Assembly: GCA_963706285.1 (NCBI GenBank)
Contig: CAVPLU010000013.1
Span: 104,762 to 168,761, forward strand
Origin: Candidatus Bathyarchaeota archaeon
GTDB lineage: Archaea; Thermoproteota; Bathyarchaeia; 40CM-2-53-6
Length of the DNA stretch: 64,000 nt
Direction: 5' to 3'
A program made the position numbers and the translations under genes. The notes under the pieces were generated by a model. It ran no database searches, was not told where the DNA came from, and saw only the letters and a program-made list of their open reading frames with translations. Below are positions 1 to 9,470 of the stretch, one piece after another; the stretch's first letter is position 1, and each line of letters begins with the position of its first letter.

Positions 1-44
1 GGTCACAGGGTAAACTGAAAGCGGGTAAAAACCTAGCGCTCGGC

Positions 45-440
45 TAGCCGGCTATTTGATGAAGAGACACATTCACGCAGTCATCATGCACCTATTCCAG
101 ATAGCTTTTACATCATGCTTTTTCGTTTCGCTCGCAGCTTTCTTGATGCTAATCCCTTCCTGCATCCACACGACATTTGCAGCTCTTCTCTCGCGTCTCT
201 GACGACCGACCAGACATCTGGAGAAGGTTAGAAGAATCCCACTATGTCGACTTTCAAGTCAATCGTCAATAGCTGGAGGAGATTTTCACTTTCGAGACCT
301 CGGCTATGACCGGATTCACAGGAATCAAACTGAATCCGTGATTCAATGGACACTCAGGTATTGTGAGCTGGTTTCCAGGGAATTTCTCGATACAACAGCG
401 ACTACAGCGTTTCTCAGCTTCAGAAGCTAGTTGATGTCGC
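45..440 (-). pseudogene. Degenerate CoA-binding protein (YccU-like) relic
   Basis: Manual minus-strand translation gives fragments in different frames in the expected order (LNHGFSLIPVNP; KVDIVGFF*PSPDV; VVWMQEGI), with stops and shifts. Boundaries approximate. Confidence 0.55.
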
Positions 441-512
441 ATTTTGCGAGATTACTCATTACGACACTTGGAGAGGAAAGAATCCAACAATCGCTGCCGT
501 CAGGATTGAGAT

Positions 513-911
513 CTAGACACGTCTTCCTCTGCGTCCACCAGGTCGGCGCGTTCCGTCGTGTGGAACAGGTGTGACATCTTCGATCCGACCGATTCTGAAG
601 CCTGCTCTCGCTAACATTCGAATTGCAGCTTGCGCACCTGGGCCGGGTGTTCGCGCTCCGTGTCCGCCTGGCGCACGTACTCGAATATGTAGGGCAGTAA
701 TACCTCTGTCCTTCGCTGTTCTGGCAGCGGCACCAGCGGATTGCATCGCGGCATAGGGTGAACCTTGAAGCCTGTCCGCCTTGACGTGTTGTCCACCGGA
801 GCTTCTGGAGACCGTTTCCGCACCAGCGAGATCGGTGATGTGTACTAGCGTATTGTTGAACGAGGAGTAGATGTTCGCGATTCCCCAACGTTCAACACGT
901 TTCTCTGAGAT
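513..911 (-). CDS. rps11: 30S ribosomal protein uS11
   Basis: Frame extends upstream of the ORF-track start: [33 protein letters not shown]...[11 protein letters not shown]...[11 protein letters not shown]. Apparent ATC start 8 nt after AAGGAGG. Confidence 0.95.
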   Translation of the reverse strand: MSEKRVERWGIANIYSSFNNTLVHITDLAGAETVSRSSGGQHVKADRLQGSPYAAMQSAGAAARTAKDRGITALHIRVRAPGGHGARTPGPGAQAAIRMLARAGFRIGRIEDVTPVPHDGTRRPGGRRGRRV

Positions 912-1137
912 GTCTGCTTCCTCCTTCTGTGATGACGAGTCGTAGCGTACGACCCTACACCGTTTATTATAGGTTTGTCTGAGCCTGCAGACTACGCTAG
1001 ACCTTCCGGATTAACGTAATTCGCTTAACCTGCACATGCGCTTCTGCATGGCGCCGATCGTCATGCGCGATCCGGGAAGACGAAAGCACTATTTCTCGCC
1101 AAGGACGAAACGAATGGTCATGGCGGCACGCACTCGC

Positions 1138-1599
1138 TTGTCTTGTTTAGTTCGACTCGTAGAAGCATCAGACATACCGGGGATCTATGCGGTTGAAAGA
1201 GCTTGCTTCCCCGACCCCTATCCTTCGGTTTTCCTGGATGACCTGATGAAATCCTATCAGGCACAGTTCTTTGTTGCTGTGGATAATGGCGAGATTATTG
1301 GATATGCCGTGGCTTCCATAGGCGACAGATATGGGCATGTCATCTCGCTTGCGGTTAGTCCGCGCTATCGTCGAAGACGTGTGGGCACGGCCCTGATGTC
1401 GGCTCTCGAAGCAAAACTGACTCAAGAAGGGGCTGAAGAGATTCATCTTGAGGTACGAAAGGGAAACGGCGGAGCTATCTCATTCTATGAGCGCTGGGGA
1501 TACCAACCAGTATCGGAAATTCGACGTTACTACCCTGACGGCGAGGACGCTTTGGTTTTTGAGCGATCCATCGAGTCATCTGCATACCGCGATCCTTAG
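1138..1599 (+). CDS. rimI: RimI/Ard1-like GNAT N-acetyltransferase
   Basis: GHVISLAVSPRYRRRRVG, LEVRKGN, RYYPDGEDA motifs. Start approximate. Confidence 0.9.
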   Translation: MSCLVRLVEASDIPGIYAVERACFPDPYPSVFLDDLMKSYQAQFFVAVDNGEIIGYAVASIGDRYGHVISLAVSPRYRRRRVGTALMSALEAKLTQEGAEEIHLEVRKGNGGAISFYERWGYQPVSEIRRYYPDGEDALVFERSIESSAYRDP

Positions 1600-1818
1600 A
1601 GGTGAACCATCTTTAAGATCCTCAGATTCTTCCTGCTAGACCAAGAAAGACAAGATACTGTACGGGAAGGCTCAACCGTATTTTGAAGTAACCTCTGATC
1701 AAGTCGAACAGAACACTGGATTTCTAATCAAGTCGTGCCTGCAGCGACTAGAACACTAGGCGTCTTCGGCATTGGACAGGAGGAGTTACTACTTCGAGGG
1801 CAAACCTCGCTGCTGTAG

Positions 1819-2988
1819 TCAATGCCCGCCAAGTTCGGACATTGTCAGGACCTTGACATCGGCGGGTTTCTTGGCGATTTCTGACAAGCGATCGCCTACT
1901 ACGTACTTGATTTTCTTCTGGTCCGCTAGGTCAAGTATCCTTTGCGTTATGACTCCATCGAAGACTAGAGTGCTAGGCGCCTCCATGTTTGGTAGTTGGT
2001 TTGCAAGTTCGCTGACTGGTAGGCGAGCTATTTCTTTGCCCGTTTCATCAAAGATTGCTGCCTCAAGTGTTCCTTTGAGTTCCTGAGCTTTCTGAAGAAT
2101 AGGTTCAGGAAAGGTCGTTTTAGCTATGACTGGCTTCGCTTCTGCTTTTGGTGCTCCGTGTGATACGCGATCGCGTAGCGCTTTCATTATCTCCTTCGGC
2201 GTGAGCTCCTCGACCTCTTTCCCAGGCGGAGCTCGCGTCAGGTAATCCAGCTCTGTCACTTGGTCGAGTTCCTTCAGTATGAGGTCTCCACCTCTGTCTC
2301 CGTCCAGAAATGCTGTGACCTCTTTGTTCTTGCACAGCGTGATGATTGTTTGAGGAATCTTTGTGCCTTCTATGGCTACTGTGTTCTTGATTCCGCATCT
2401 GAGCAGATTTAGAATGTCCGCTCTTCCCTCGACAATTATGATTGAGCCGCTGCTCTGTACATCTGGTCCTGCGGGAAGTTTGTCAGGCCCGAATTCCACG
2501 ATCTCTGCGGATCGAATGGCTCCCCCGACTTCTTTGACCATTTCATCTGTGCTTGGTGAGCCTTCAATCACCCATTTCTTGAGGATCTCTTTGGCCTTGT
2601 CCAGGATGACTTTTCTTTTCTCTTCTCGGACATCCTCTACCTTCTCAAGGGTAACCTTCGCCGTGCAGGGTCCGATCCTATCGACGCTCTCAATGGCCGC
2701 CGCGACTATTGCGGTGGAAACTTTGTCTAGGCTAGACGGGATCATTATCTTGCCGGTAGTCTTGTCCTGTCTGGATTCCAGTTGAATCTCGATTCTCCCA
2801 ACCCTTCCGCTCTTTTGAAGTTCCCTGAGATCCAGATCAGGTCCGAATAGGCCTTCGGTCTGTCCGAAGATTGCACCGACTACGTCAGGCTTCTCAACTA
2901 CACCCTCCACTTCGAACGCCGCCAAAACGACGTACTTGGTAGTGGGCGCATACTGACTTTCTGCTCCCAATTGATTGTAAACCTCCAC
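1819..2988 (-). CDS. dnaG: Archaeal DnaG (TOPRIM, exosome-associated)
   Basis: GAIFGQTEGL, IIVEGRAD, FLDGDRGG motifs. Confidence 0.97.
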   Translation of the reverse strand: MEVYNQLGAESQYAPTTKYVVLAAFEVEGVVEKPDVVGAIFGQTEGLFGPDLDLRELQKSGRVGRIEIQLESRQDKTTGKIMIPSSLDKVSTAIVAAAIESVDRIGPCTAKVTLEKVEDVREEKRKVILDKAKEILKKWVIEGSPSTDEMVKEVGGAIRSAEIVEFGPDKLPAGPDVQSSGSIIIVEGRADILNLLRCGIKNTVAIEGTKIPQTIITLCKNKEVTAFLDGDRGGDLILKELDQVTELDYLTRAPPGKEVEELTPKEIMKALRDRVSHGAPKAEAKPVIAKTTFPEPILQKAQELKGTLEAAIFDETGKEIARLPVSELANQLPNMEAPSTLVFDGVITQRILDLADQKKIKYVVGDRLSEIAKKPADVKVLTMSELGGH

Positions 2989-3497
2989 TTATCTATCGTA
3001 TATTGCACGTAGAACGCCCCTTTCAGTCCCTACTTTCGTTCGTTACCCTTACTTCGTCGGTTAGATCGGCGACCGAAAGGATGCGAGTGAACGTGAACAG
3101 TCTATACCATGTCGGCAGGAGACATAATAAGCTACTTGCTGTCGCGTCCGTTCGCCGTGCGCTGAGACTTGCCACCTTCTCCCTGTCCCTTTGTTCGCTC
3201 TACTATCGGCCAGAGGTCACCTGACAACCTCACCACAGATGAGGTATAGGAAGGCGGCCTCATGTTCACCTTTGAATTTGACGAGCATTTGCAGCCAGGG
3301 ATGCTCGCACCTGTAAGATTGCGGAATCGAAGTCATGCGGACGAGGATTGTTCGACTCCCCCACCCATGGAACTTGAGTCTCGGACACGTGGTGACTCTT
3401 CATTCCCGCGCACAAGAAAAGTGAGAAAGAGTCAGTCAGATACTTAGTGCCTCGAGGTTTCTTGCGAAGAAAAGGAATGTGCTGATAACAGAAAAAA

Positions 3498-4046
3498 CTA
3501 GTCTCGTCTCCACTTGATGGAGCATCCGAACGGTCTAGTTTCAGCTACGGAAGCCTTCTTTCCCGCCGTGATGGCGTCGAGAGCGTTCCTAAGATCATGC
3601 GTCGTCACTTTGGAGGAGTCCCTGTTATCATCAATGCGGCCGTGGTAGACAAGCTTCCTAGCCTTGTCGAAAACGAAGGTTTCAGGTGTGCATACGGCGG
3701 AGAGCGCTCTAGCTAGGGATTGATCCTCGTCTCTAATGTAAGGAAAATTGAATCCTTTTTCCTTTGCTCGTTTGATCATATTCTCGTAGCTGTCCTCCGG
3801 ATAGTCCTTGTCATAGTTCGAATTCACGGCAACGAAGCCGACGCCTCGATCCATGTAGTCACGCTGGATGGCGATCATGCGATCCTCGTACGCCTGCACG
3901 TAAGGACAATGATTGCATGAGAGAATCAGGACCATTGTTGGGACATCTGCAAAGCTGGCGAGAGAATACCTCTTACCGTCAGTTCCGAGTAGGTCACGGA
4001 AGTCCGGTATCGTTTCTCCGATCTTCAATGCGTTCACACTAGTCAA
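3498..4046 (-). CDS. Thioredoxin-like AhpC/TSA family protein
   Basis: CNHCPYV, FNFPYIRD, YHGRIDD, GCSIKW. Confidence 0.9.
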   Translation of the reverse strand: MTSVNALKIGETIPDFRDLLGTDGKRYSLASFADVPTMVLILSCNHCPYVQAYEDRMIAIQRDYMDRGVGFVAVNSNYDKDYPEDSYENMIKRAKEKGFNFPYIRDEDQSLARALSAVCTPETFVFDKARKLVYHGRIDDNRDSSKVTTHDLRNALDAITAGKKASVAETRPFGCSIKWRRD

Positions 4047-4235
4047 TCCGGGTAGGATGGAAATGAATCATTCCGCCTCCCCACAGACATTTCTCCCCCT
4101 CACTCAGACGATTTGCCCTGCACACCAAAGGAGCTTGTTTCTTGGCACATTAGCGACTTGTGAAGCGATTTTCAATAGGATAATTCCGCTCCTAGCGAGG
4201 AGGAGTGTCACTGACGACCGCCATTAGGTTGGGGC

Positions 4236-4685
4236 TCATCTTCTCAGACGTGACGTAATCGAATGATTAGGCGGACCCCTCTTCGCTGACGAGCCGACCG
4301 CTAGTCTCTCCATGTACTTCTCGATATTCTCAATTCCCACGACCTCCGATCGAGCGAGAGCTTTCAACTGCTTCCAGATCTCGACGTTCGCCTTCACACG
4401 CAGGTGCGATAGCTCCGTGCGAAGCCGCCATGCAAGCGCTCTTCCTTCCTTGTCGAAATCAGTCAAGATTATCACTTCTGAGTGGACTGCAATAGAGTCT
4501 AGGAAATCAACAAGTCCCAAGCGTCGAGACTTGGCGCAAAATATCGGCCCCGAAATTCCTAATTTACGGAGCGTCTTAACGTCATTTGGACCTTCGACGA
4601 CAACCGGGATTCCTCGACTCGAGTGCGAAACAACGACTTCTATGAGTTCTTTAACCGCTTCAAGGCGTCGTTCTTGAGCGCTCAA
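4236..4685 (-). CDS. Stand-alone TOPRIM domain protein (RNase M5-like)
   Basis: VVVEGPND and ILTDFDKEG motifs. Confidence 0.85.
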   Translation of the reverse strand: MSAQERRLEAVKELIEVVVSHSSRGIPVVVEGPNDVKTLRKLGISGPIFCAKSRRLGLVDFLDSIAVHSEVIILTDFDKEGRALAWRLRTELSHLRVKANVEIWKQLKALARSEVVGIENIEKYMERLAVGSSAKRGPPNHSITSRLRR

Positions 4686-4699
4686 TTCGCACTTGGGTC

Positions 4700-5833
4700 C
4701 TACCGGGTGATTTCCAAGCTCATGACACGCCTGAGCAGTTCAGGGTCTTTCCCAAGTTCACGTCTTACACCCTCAAGCCTTCTCGATAGTCCGTCGGCAA
4801 CTGCGTCTTTAAGATCCTGAGGATGAAGCTGGCCAAGCTCGTATGCCTTCTTGAGCTCTTGATAATCGTCAAATCTGACGTTTCCTCCGTACTTGAGCGG
4901 CCTTTGGATTTCGAGGCTACCCACCTGAGGCAACAGGACTAGTTGAACGATTTCTAGTACGGGATTGTTCTGAGTCTCCTTGGACGGGCAATATGCGGAT
5001 CTCATTTTCTTCTTGATCTCCTCCGGTTCTTCATGAACCAGAATTGCGGTTCCAGGAATGCTTTTCGCCATCTTTGACCCAATTTCGGAGTTGTACTCAG
5101 GATTCTCATCAAGGTCGTTTGCGGTGGCTGCAGTTGCGACGGTTTGGGATTTGCCGGCAAGGCCCGGCAGGAGAGGCGTGTGTACCGAAACTGGCTTTCT
5201 TCTCTGCAGTTTCTGAGCGGATTCCCGAGCTATAATGTGTGCCTTCCTCTGATCAATTCCCGCGCAAGCGATATCAAGATCCATCTGAAATATGTCCGCA
5301 GCTTGCATGCAGGGATAAAGCAACGCTGCTGTTTCAATGTCTTCCACGTCCATTTGTCGCCCCATTATCGGAAGTGCCCTGAGCATTCTCTTAGTTGAAT
5401 TTGATTTGGCTATTCTGATTACTTTCTCCCAGTAGTCGAGAGCACCTTCAACCTCAGAGCCCAATCGATATGTGACCTTATCTCCGGTGAGTCCGAGTCC
5501 AATGAAACATTTCCTGAAATATTCGGCGCATAACCGGATGTTGTCAAGATTGGCGCCGAGTTTGTTATTGATCCATGCGTGCCAATCCGCGAGGAAGACC
5601 GTGAAATTGCAGCCCGCGTCCACCATGTCTTTGATCTTACCTCCGCAGACTAGCCCCGTTCCGATGTGCATGCCCCCGCTCGGCTCGAAGCCCCAGTAGG
5701 CTTTTGGGGCAACTGTTGTTTCCAAGAGTTGTCTGAGTTCGTCGCCTGTGATAATCTCTTCTGTACCTCTTGAGATAAGTTGTAGTCGTTGCTCCGCATC
5801 CAATGTGTAGACTCTCGCATGGAAGGTTTGCAC
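4700..5833 (-). CDS. tyrS: Tyrosine--tRNA ligase
   Basis: YWGFEPSG, HIGT, YPCMQAAD, GIDQRKAH, KMAKS. Confidence 0.97.
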   Translation of the reverse strand: MQTFHARVYTLDAEQRLQLISRGTEEIITGDELRQLLETTVAPKAYWGFEPSGGMHIGTGLVCGGKIKDMVDAGCNFTVFLADWHAWINNKLGANLDNIRLCAEYFRKCFIGLGLTGDKVTYRLGSEVEGALDYWEKVIRIAKSNSTKRMLRALPIMGRQMDVEDIETAALLYPCMQAADIFQMDLDIACAGIDQRKAHIIARESAQKLQRRKPVSVHTPLLPGLAGKSQTVATAATANDLDENPEYNSEIGSKMAKSIPGTAILVHEEPEEIKKKMRSAYCPSKETQNNPVLEIVQLVLLPQVGSLEIQRPLKYGGNVRFDDYQELKKAYELGQLHPQDLKDAVADGLSRRLEGVRRELGKDPELLRRVMSLEITR

Positions 5834-5869
5834 GTAGACCTCTTAAATGATAAGCTCAGGTTTCACCGC

Positions 5870-5982
5870 GGGCAAGAGTCCAGGGTTACCCGAGCTCCCG
5901 CCCTGTCGCCCACGACACTAACACGCGAACTTCATCGAGGGGCGTCGCCCCACTTGGTCGGCTCTCTCGGGGGTGGGCTGTT
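5870..5982 (-). ncRNA. Candidate H/ACA guide RNA
   Basis: GCCCAC/GTGGGC basal stem followed by G-ACA, K-turn-like CCGA...GATGA, apical GGGGC-GAC-GCCCC hairpin, then a second stem GGGCGGGAG/CTCTTGCCC. GC-rich intergenic gap. Confidence 0.55.
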
Positions 5983-6021
5983 TCTGGTGCCTGCAGAGAA
6001 TATGTTCTCAGCTGAATTAGA

Positions 6022-7722
6022 TTAAGGGTTCGTTGCTGCAATGTGCAATGTCCGCGTGTTCAGCTCAAACGCAGCGGCGGGGTTCTGGATTCCCCAGTTC
6101 TCTAGGACTTGGGGATGAATCTCACCCATGATTCCTACCTGTGCCTCTCCAACACGTATTGCAGCTGCACGTCCGTTCACGAAGCTTCCATGCTCTAGAT
6201 CGGTAACCTGAGCGCTCAGACCAAGGTTCGTGAGCAAGGCATCGATACAAGCTCTTGCTTCGGTGAATGAGGCCTCGGCGTGGCATGTGATGCCTGCAAC
6301 TTTTGTGATTTCTTGGACGCCGGACCCATCTCGTATAACGCAGTCGCCCGTCTCGAAGATCTTCTGAGGGTACGTAACATGAACATTGGCTGCCAGAATC
6401 TCCATTAGGCTTGGGATCAGCCAGTCTCTAAGACACGTTAGGGTCTGTACGCGTGGATTCTGGAGGTCAACAACATTTTCTGGTAACAAGTTCATTCGCT
6501 TGAAGAGTTTTTCCGGGTTGGAGAGAGTGAATGTGAGTACTTCCTGGAAGCCTAGTCCGAGCATTATTTCGCGCAGCAGATCGTTGAACTCTTGTTGTCT
6601 CGTCATGCCGCCAATCGTGGGGTGCGAAGGCCATCTTGGCTTGATTCGGTTGAGGCCATAGACAATGCCGATGTCTTCAATGACATCAACGGGATGCATA
6701 ATGTCCAACCGGTAACAGGGCACGATCACATTCAATGCGTTTTGTGATTTTCCGGACGCGCCGAATCTTGCTTTGCGCAGCAATTTCACTGCCTGAGCGA
6801 CGGTTAAGTCAATTCCAAGTATTCTCTTCATGTAGTCTAGTTCAATTCTCACGTGACCTGTTCTCAGCGTGGGCGTCATTGCACTCTTCGTCTTGCCATA
6901 CGGGTAGTGAACAATGCTCGAATAGATACTGCCGCCGCGATCGGCCAGACTGATGGTCACCATCATGAGCGCGTTCAACACTACATCGAGCGATGTGCCG
7001 GTGACTTCGACAAGCACATTGTGTGTCTGAGGAGTGATCCGGCCGAGATCGTTCGAGTTTATGATTGGAGGAAAGGAAAGCACGTTTCCTCTCGAGTCAA
7101 GCAGGATAGGCCACAAGGGATTCAGTTCCACAATGTGTCCGTACTGAATTCCTTTGGGATGTTTGACTAGGATCTCCCGAAGACTCATTCGCTCATTTGT
7201 TCCAAGAGGAATGAAGCTAATCTCCTCCGGTCTAGCTACAGCGTATCTGAGTGGCGGAGCTATCAGATCGAAGTCGTAGAGTCCGATTGATGATCTCTTC
7301 CTTCCTCGACCGTAGCTCTCATCGAGCTTGTCCTGGAGATGCATGAGGCCTCGGATTGCAGCGTCCGAAAGCCGAACGCTCTTCACTACCGAGCAGCCGA
7401 TGAATGGCCTGATTTTCTGCAGGCGAGGGTCAACCGTGATTGTTACGCCAGAAGGGCCCGCTATTGTGTAAGTCTTAGGCCCGGTCTCAAGCCCAAGAAA
7501 CCCCCGCAGGGCCCTCGCTATACCTTCTGGCGACCACAGGTCTGGTCGATTGGTATCCTTGTTCTCAAGACTGAGCTCCTCAACTCCGCTCTCTTCAGAG
7601 ATCGTGCGCGTTACATCGCACTTGATCTGATGAAAAATTTCATTCAGAGCATTGATATCTGTTGGCAACTTGCCGCGGAGCAACTCTTCGAGGTCTTCCT
7701 GCTCTACTGATATGGTGACCAT
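6022..7722 (-). CDS. pheT: Phenylalanine--tRNA ligase beta subunit
   Basis: NRPDLWS, SFPPIINS, RLDIMHPVDVIED, GEIHPQVL. Confidence 0.97.
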   Translation of the reverse strand: MVTISVEQEDLEELLRGKLPTDINALNEIFHQIKCDVTRTISEESGVEELSLENKDTNRPDLWSPEGIARALRGFLGLETGPKTYTIAGPSGVTITVDPRLQKIRPFIGCSVVKSVRLSDAAIRGLMHLQDKLDESYGRGRKRSSIGLYDFDLIAPPLRYAVARPEEISFIPLGTNERMSLREILVKHPKGIQYGHIVELNPLWPILLDSRGNVLSFPPIINSNDLGRITPQTHNVLVEVTGTSLDVVLNALMMVTISLADRGGSIYSSIVHYPYGKTKSAMTPTLRTGHVRIELDYMKRILGIDLTVAQAVKLLRKARFGASGKSQNALNVIVPCYRLDIMHPVDVIEDIGIVYGLNRIKPRWPSHPTIGGMTRQQEFNDLLREIMLGLGFQEVLTFTLSNPEKLFKRMNLLPENVVDLQNPRVQTLTCLRDWLIPSLMEILAANVHVTYPQKIFETGDCVIRDGSGVQEITKVAGITCHAEASFTEARACIDALLTNLGLSAQVTDLEHGSFVNGRAAAIRVGEAQVGIMGEIHPQVLENWGIQNPAAAFELNTRTLHIAATNP

Positions 7723-7723
7723 T

Positions 7724-9250
7724 CTAGACTAGCTCCTGCTTCCTCAGCCAATTGAGGTCTTGAGAGAAGAGCGTGCGCATGTCGTCGATTCCGGCCTTCA
7801 TCATGAAAAGGCGCTCGACACCTAGGCCCCAGGCTATCACTGGCACTTCAATTCCGAGCGGGATAGTGAGTTCCGGTCGGAAGATGCCGGACCCTCCAAA
7901 CTCAAACCAGCCCACTCCTTCTTTGTATGCCTGAAGCTCAACGCTAGGTTCTGTGAACGGGAAATAGTCTGGATTGAACTTGACTTTGTCCGCGCCAGCT
8001 ATGTCTAATGCAAATTTCTCTAATACACCCAGCAAATCTCTGAGGGTTAGATCCTCACCGACGACTATTCCTTCAACTTGATTGAATTCTGTAAGATGCG
8101 TCCTGTCGACTTTGTCTGGGCGGAAGCACCTAGCTATCGAGAAGTACTTGCCTGGGATCTGCAACTCCTTGCTGACTAGGGTTCTTGCACTCTCGGCGGT
8201 CCCGTGGCTTCTAAGAACCAGCCGAGAAGCTTCGGTCGTGGAGTAGGGGGCTCTCCAGCCTGTTGATCCCGTCTTCCAGCCGTTCTCATGCGTCTCCTTC
8301 ACGTTGTCAAGAAACGCAGCGAAGGGTGCAGAGTCTCCATGCTCCGGCGATTTTACCAGGTATATGTCGTGGACCTCGCGTGCCGGATGATCTTGGGGCA
8401 TGTAAAGCGCGTCGCAGTTGAAGAACATTGATTCAACGATGGGGCCTGTCATCTCTCTGAAGCCGAGTGCGATTAGCTTCCACTTGAGTTCGTCTAGGAA
8501 TCGTCTGTATGGTTGTTTCTTGCCTGGCCAATATGGAGCTACTTCGGCTTGCACATCATACTTTCTCAGTGTGTTTTGACGCCAGCTTCCTGTGGCCAAC
8601 ATTTCAGGTGTTAGGCTGCTGGTCTCGTGCTGAACTGCAATTCCTTGCTTCACGAGGCTCATGCCCTCCGGCGTGATCGATACGACCTTGTCTGCTCGCT
8701 CGCGGAGGGTCAATAGCCTTCTCTGCTTCAAGACTTGAAGCTCAACCTTATCCGCGGAATCTAGGGCGGACAAATCGGTTCCTTCAGATTCCGAGAGTGT
8801 GTGAAGCACTTTCTCGTCGTTTGATACCTCAGCTACTTTCTCCGCGATTATCATCGTCGCTCCGTCGGACTTTTCGAGCTTAGCCCAGCCCTTCTTCTTG
8901 AGCCATCCATAGACCACCGGAAGCATATCCGCTGGCACCTGTGCCAGATGGGCTGCCTCGGATGCTTCCATTCTCCCTCCGTGATCGACTACCGTTTTGA
9001 CGATCCTGCGCTCGGGCAATCCTCTCTGCGAGTAGTCTCGACCTTCTGTTGTAAGAGAGGCTAGTGAAACAGGTTCGTCCTTGACCAATGCGTAGCCTCG
9101 CTCGGCGAGTGCAAGGGCCGCTCGTATCACGGCGGCTTCCTCAAGTCCGGTTTCGGCTGCAACCTCCACCGACTTGGACGGCCTTTCTAGCTTTCCGAGT
9201 GCTTGAAGAGTTCTAGCTTCATGATCTCTGAGTTCTATCACAGTCACCAC
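7724..9250 (-). CDS. pheS: Phenylalanine--tRNA ligase alpha subunit
   Basis: PQDHPARE, FNQVEG, YFPFTEPS, AWGLGVER. Confidence 0.97.
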   Translation of the reverse strand: MVTVIELRDHEARTLQALGKLERPSKSVEVAAETGLEEAAVIRAALALAERGYALVKDEPVSLASLTTEGRDYSQRGLPERRIVKTVVDHGGRMEASEAAHLAQVPADMLPVVYGWLKKKGWAKLEKSDGATMIIAEKVAEVSNDEKVLHTLSESEGTDLSALDSADKVELQVLKQRRLLTLRERADKVVSITPEGMSLVKQGIAVQHETSSLTPEMLATGSWRQNTLRKYDVQAEVAPYWPGKKQPYRRFLDELKWKLIALGFREMTGPIVESMFFNCDALYMPQDHPAREVHDIYLVKSPEHGDSAPFAAFLDNVKETHENGWKTGSTGWRAPYSTTEASRLVLRSHGTAESARTLVSKELQIPGKYFSIARCFRPDKVDRTHLTEFNQVEGIVVGEDLTLRDLLGVLEKFALDIAGADKVKFNPDYFPFTEPSVELQAYKEGVGWFEFGGSGIFRPELTIPLGIEVPVIAWGLGVERLFMMKAGIDDMRTLFSQDLNWLRKQELV

Positions 9251-9345
9251 TCACTGTTTCGAATCGCTTCTGTTTGAACTTCTGGAGCTGACACGTGTTT
9301 GGGCGAGATCTCGGCTCCTGACGTAGCCTGCAATTAGTGGCGTAT

Positions 9346-9408
9346 TCAGCGGCCGGCAGGGAGCGTGAAAACGCAGTCACCGTCATCGTTGCTCCCGCAT
9401 CTCATCAT
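9346..9408 (-). ncRNA. Candidate box C/D sRNA
   Basis: ATGATGA (box C) ... CTGA (box D) spanning 63 nt in the trpS-pheS gap, with internal ATGA/GGTGAC as possible D'/C'. Confidence 0.35.
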
Positions 9409-9470
9409 TAATCTCCGGAAACGTTCGTGCCCGTAGGTACCTTTGGAACGATATATTAGTCATGCCAGAT

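Noticed and set aside
929-982. GTGATGA...CTGA as a C/D sRNA
   Set aside because: No convincing D'/C' boxes, and it overlaps the uS11 promoter and leader on the other strand.
5860-6010. T-box riboswitch, RNase P RNA or SRP RNA upstream of tyrS
   Set aside because: No GGTGGNACC T-box, no RNase P P4 consensus and too short for archaeal SRP. An H/ACA-like fold fits better.
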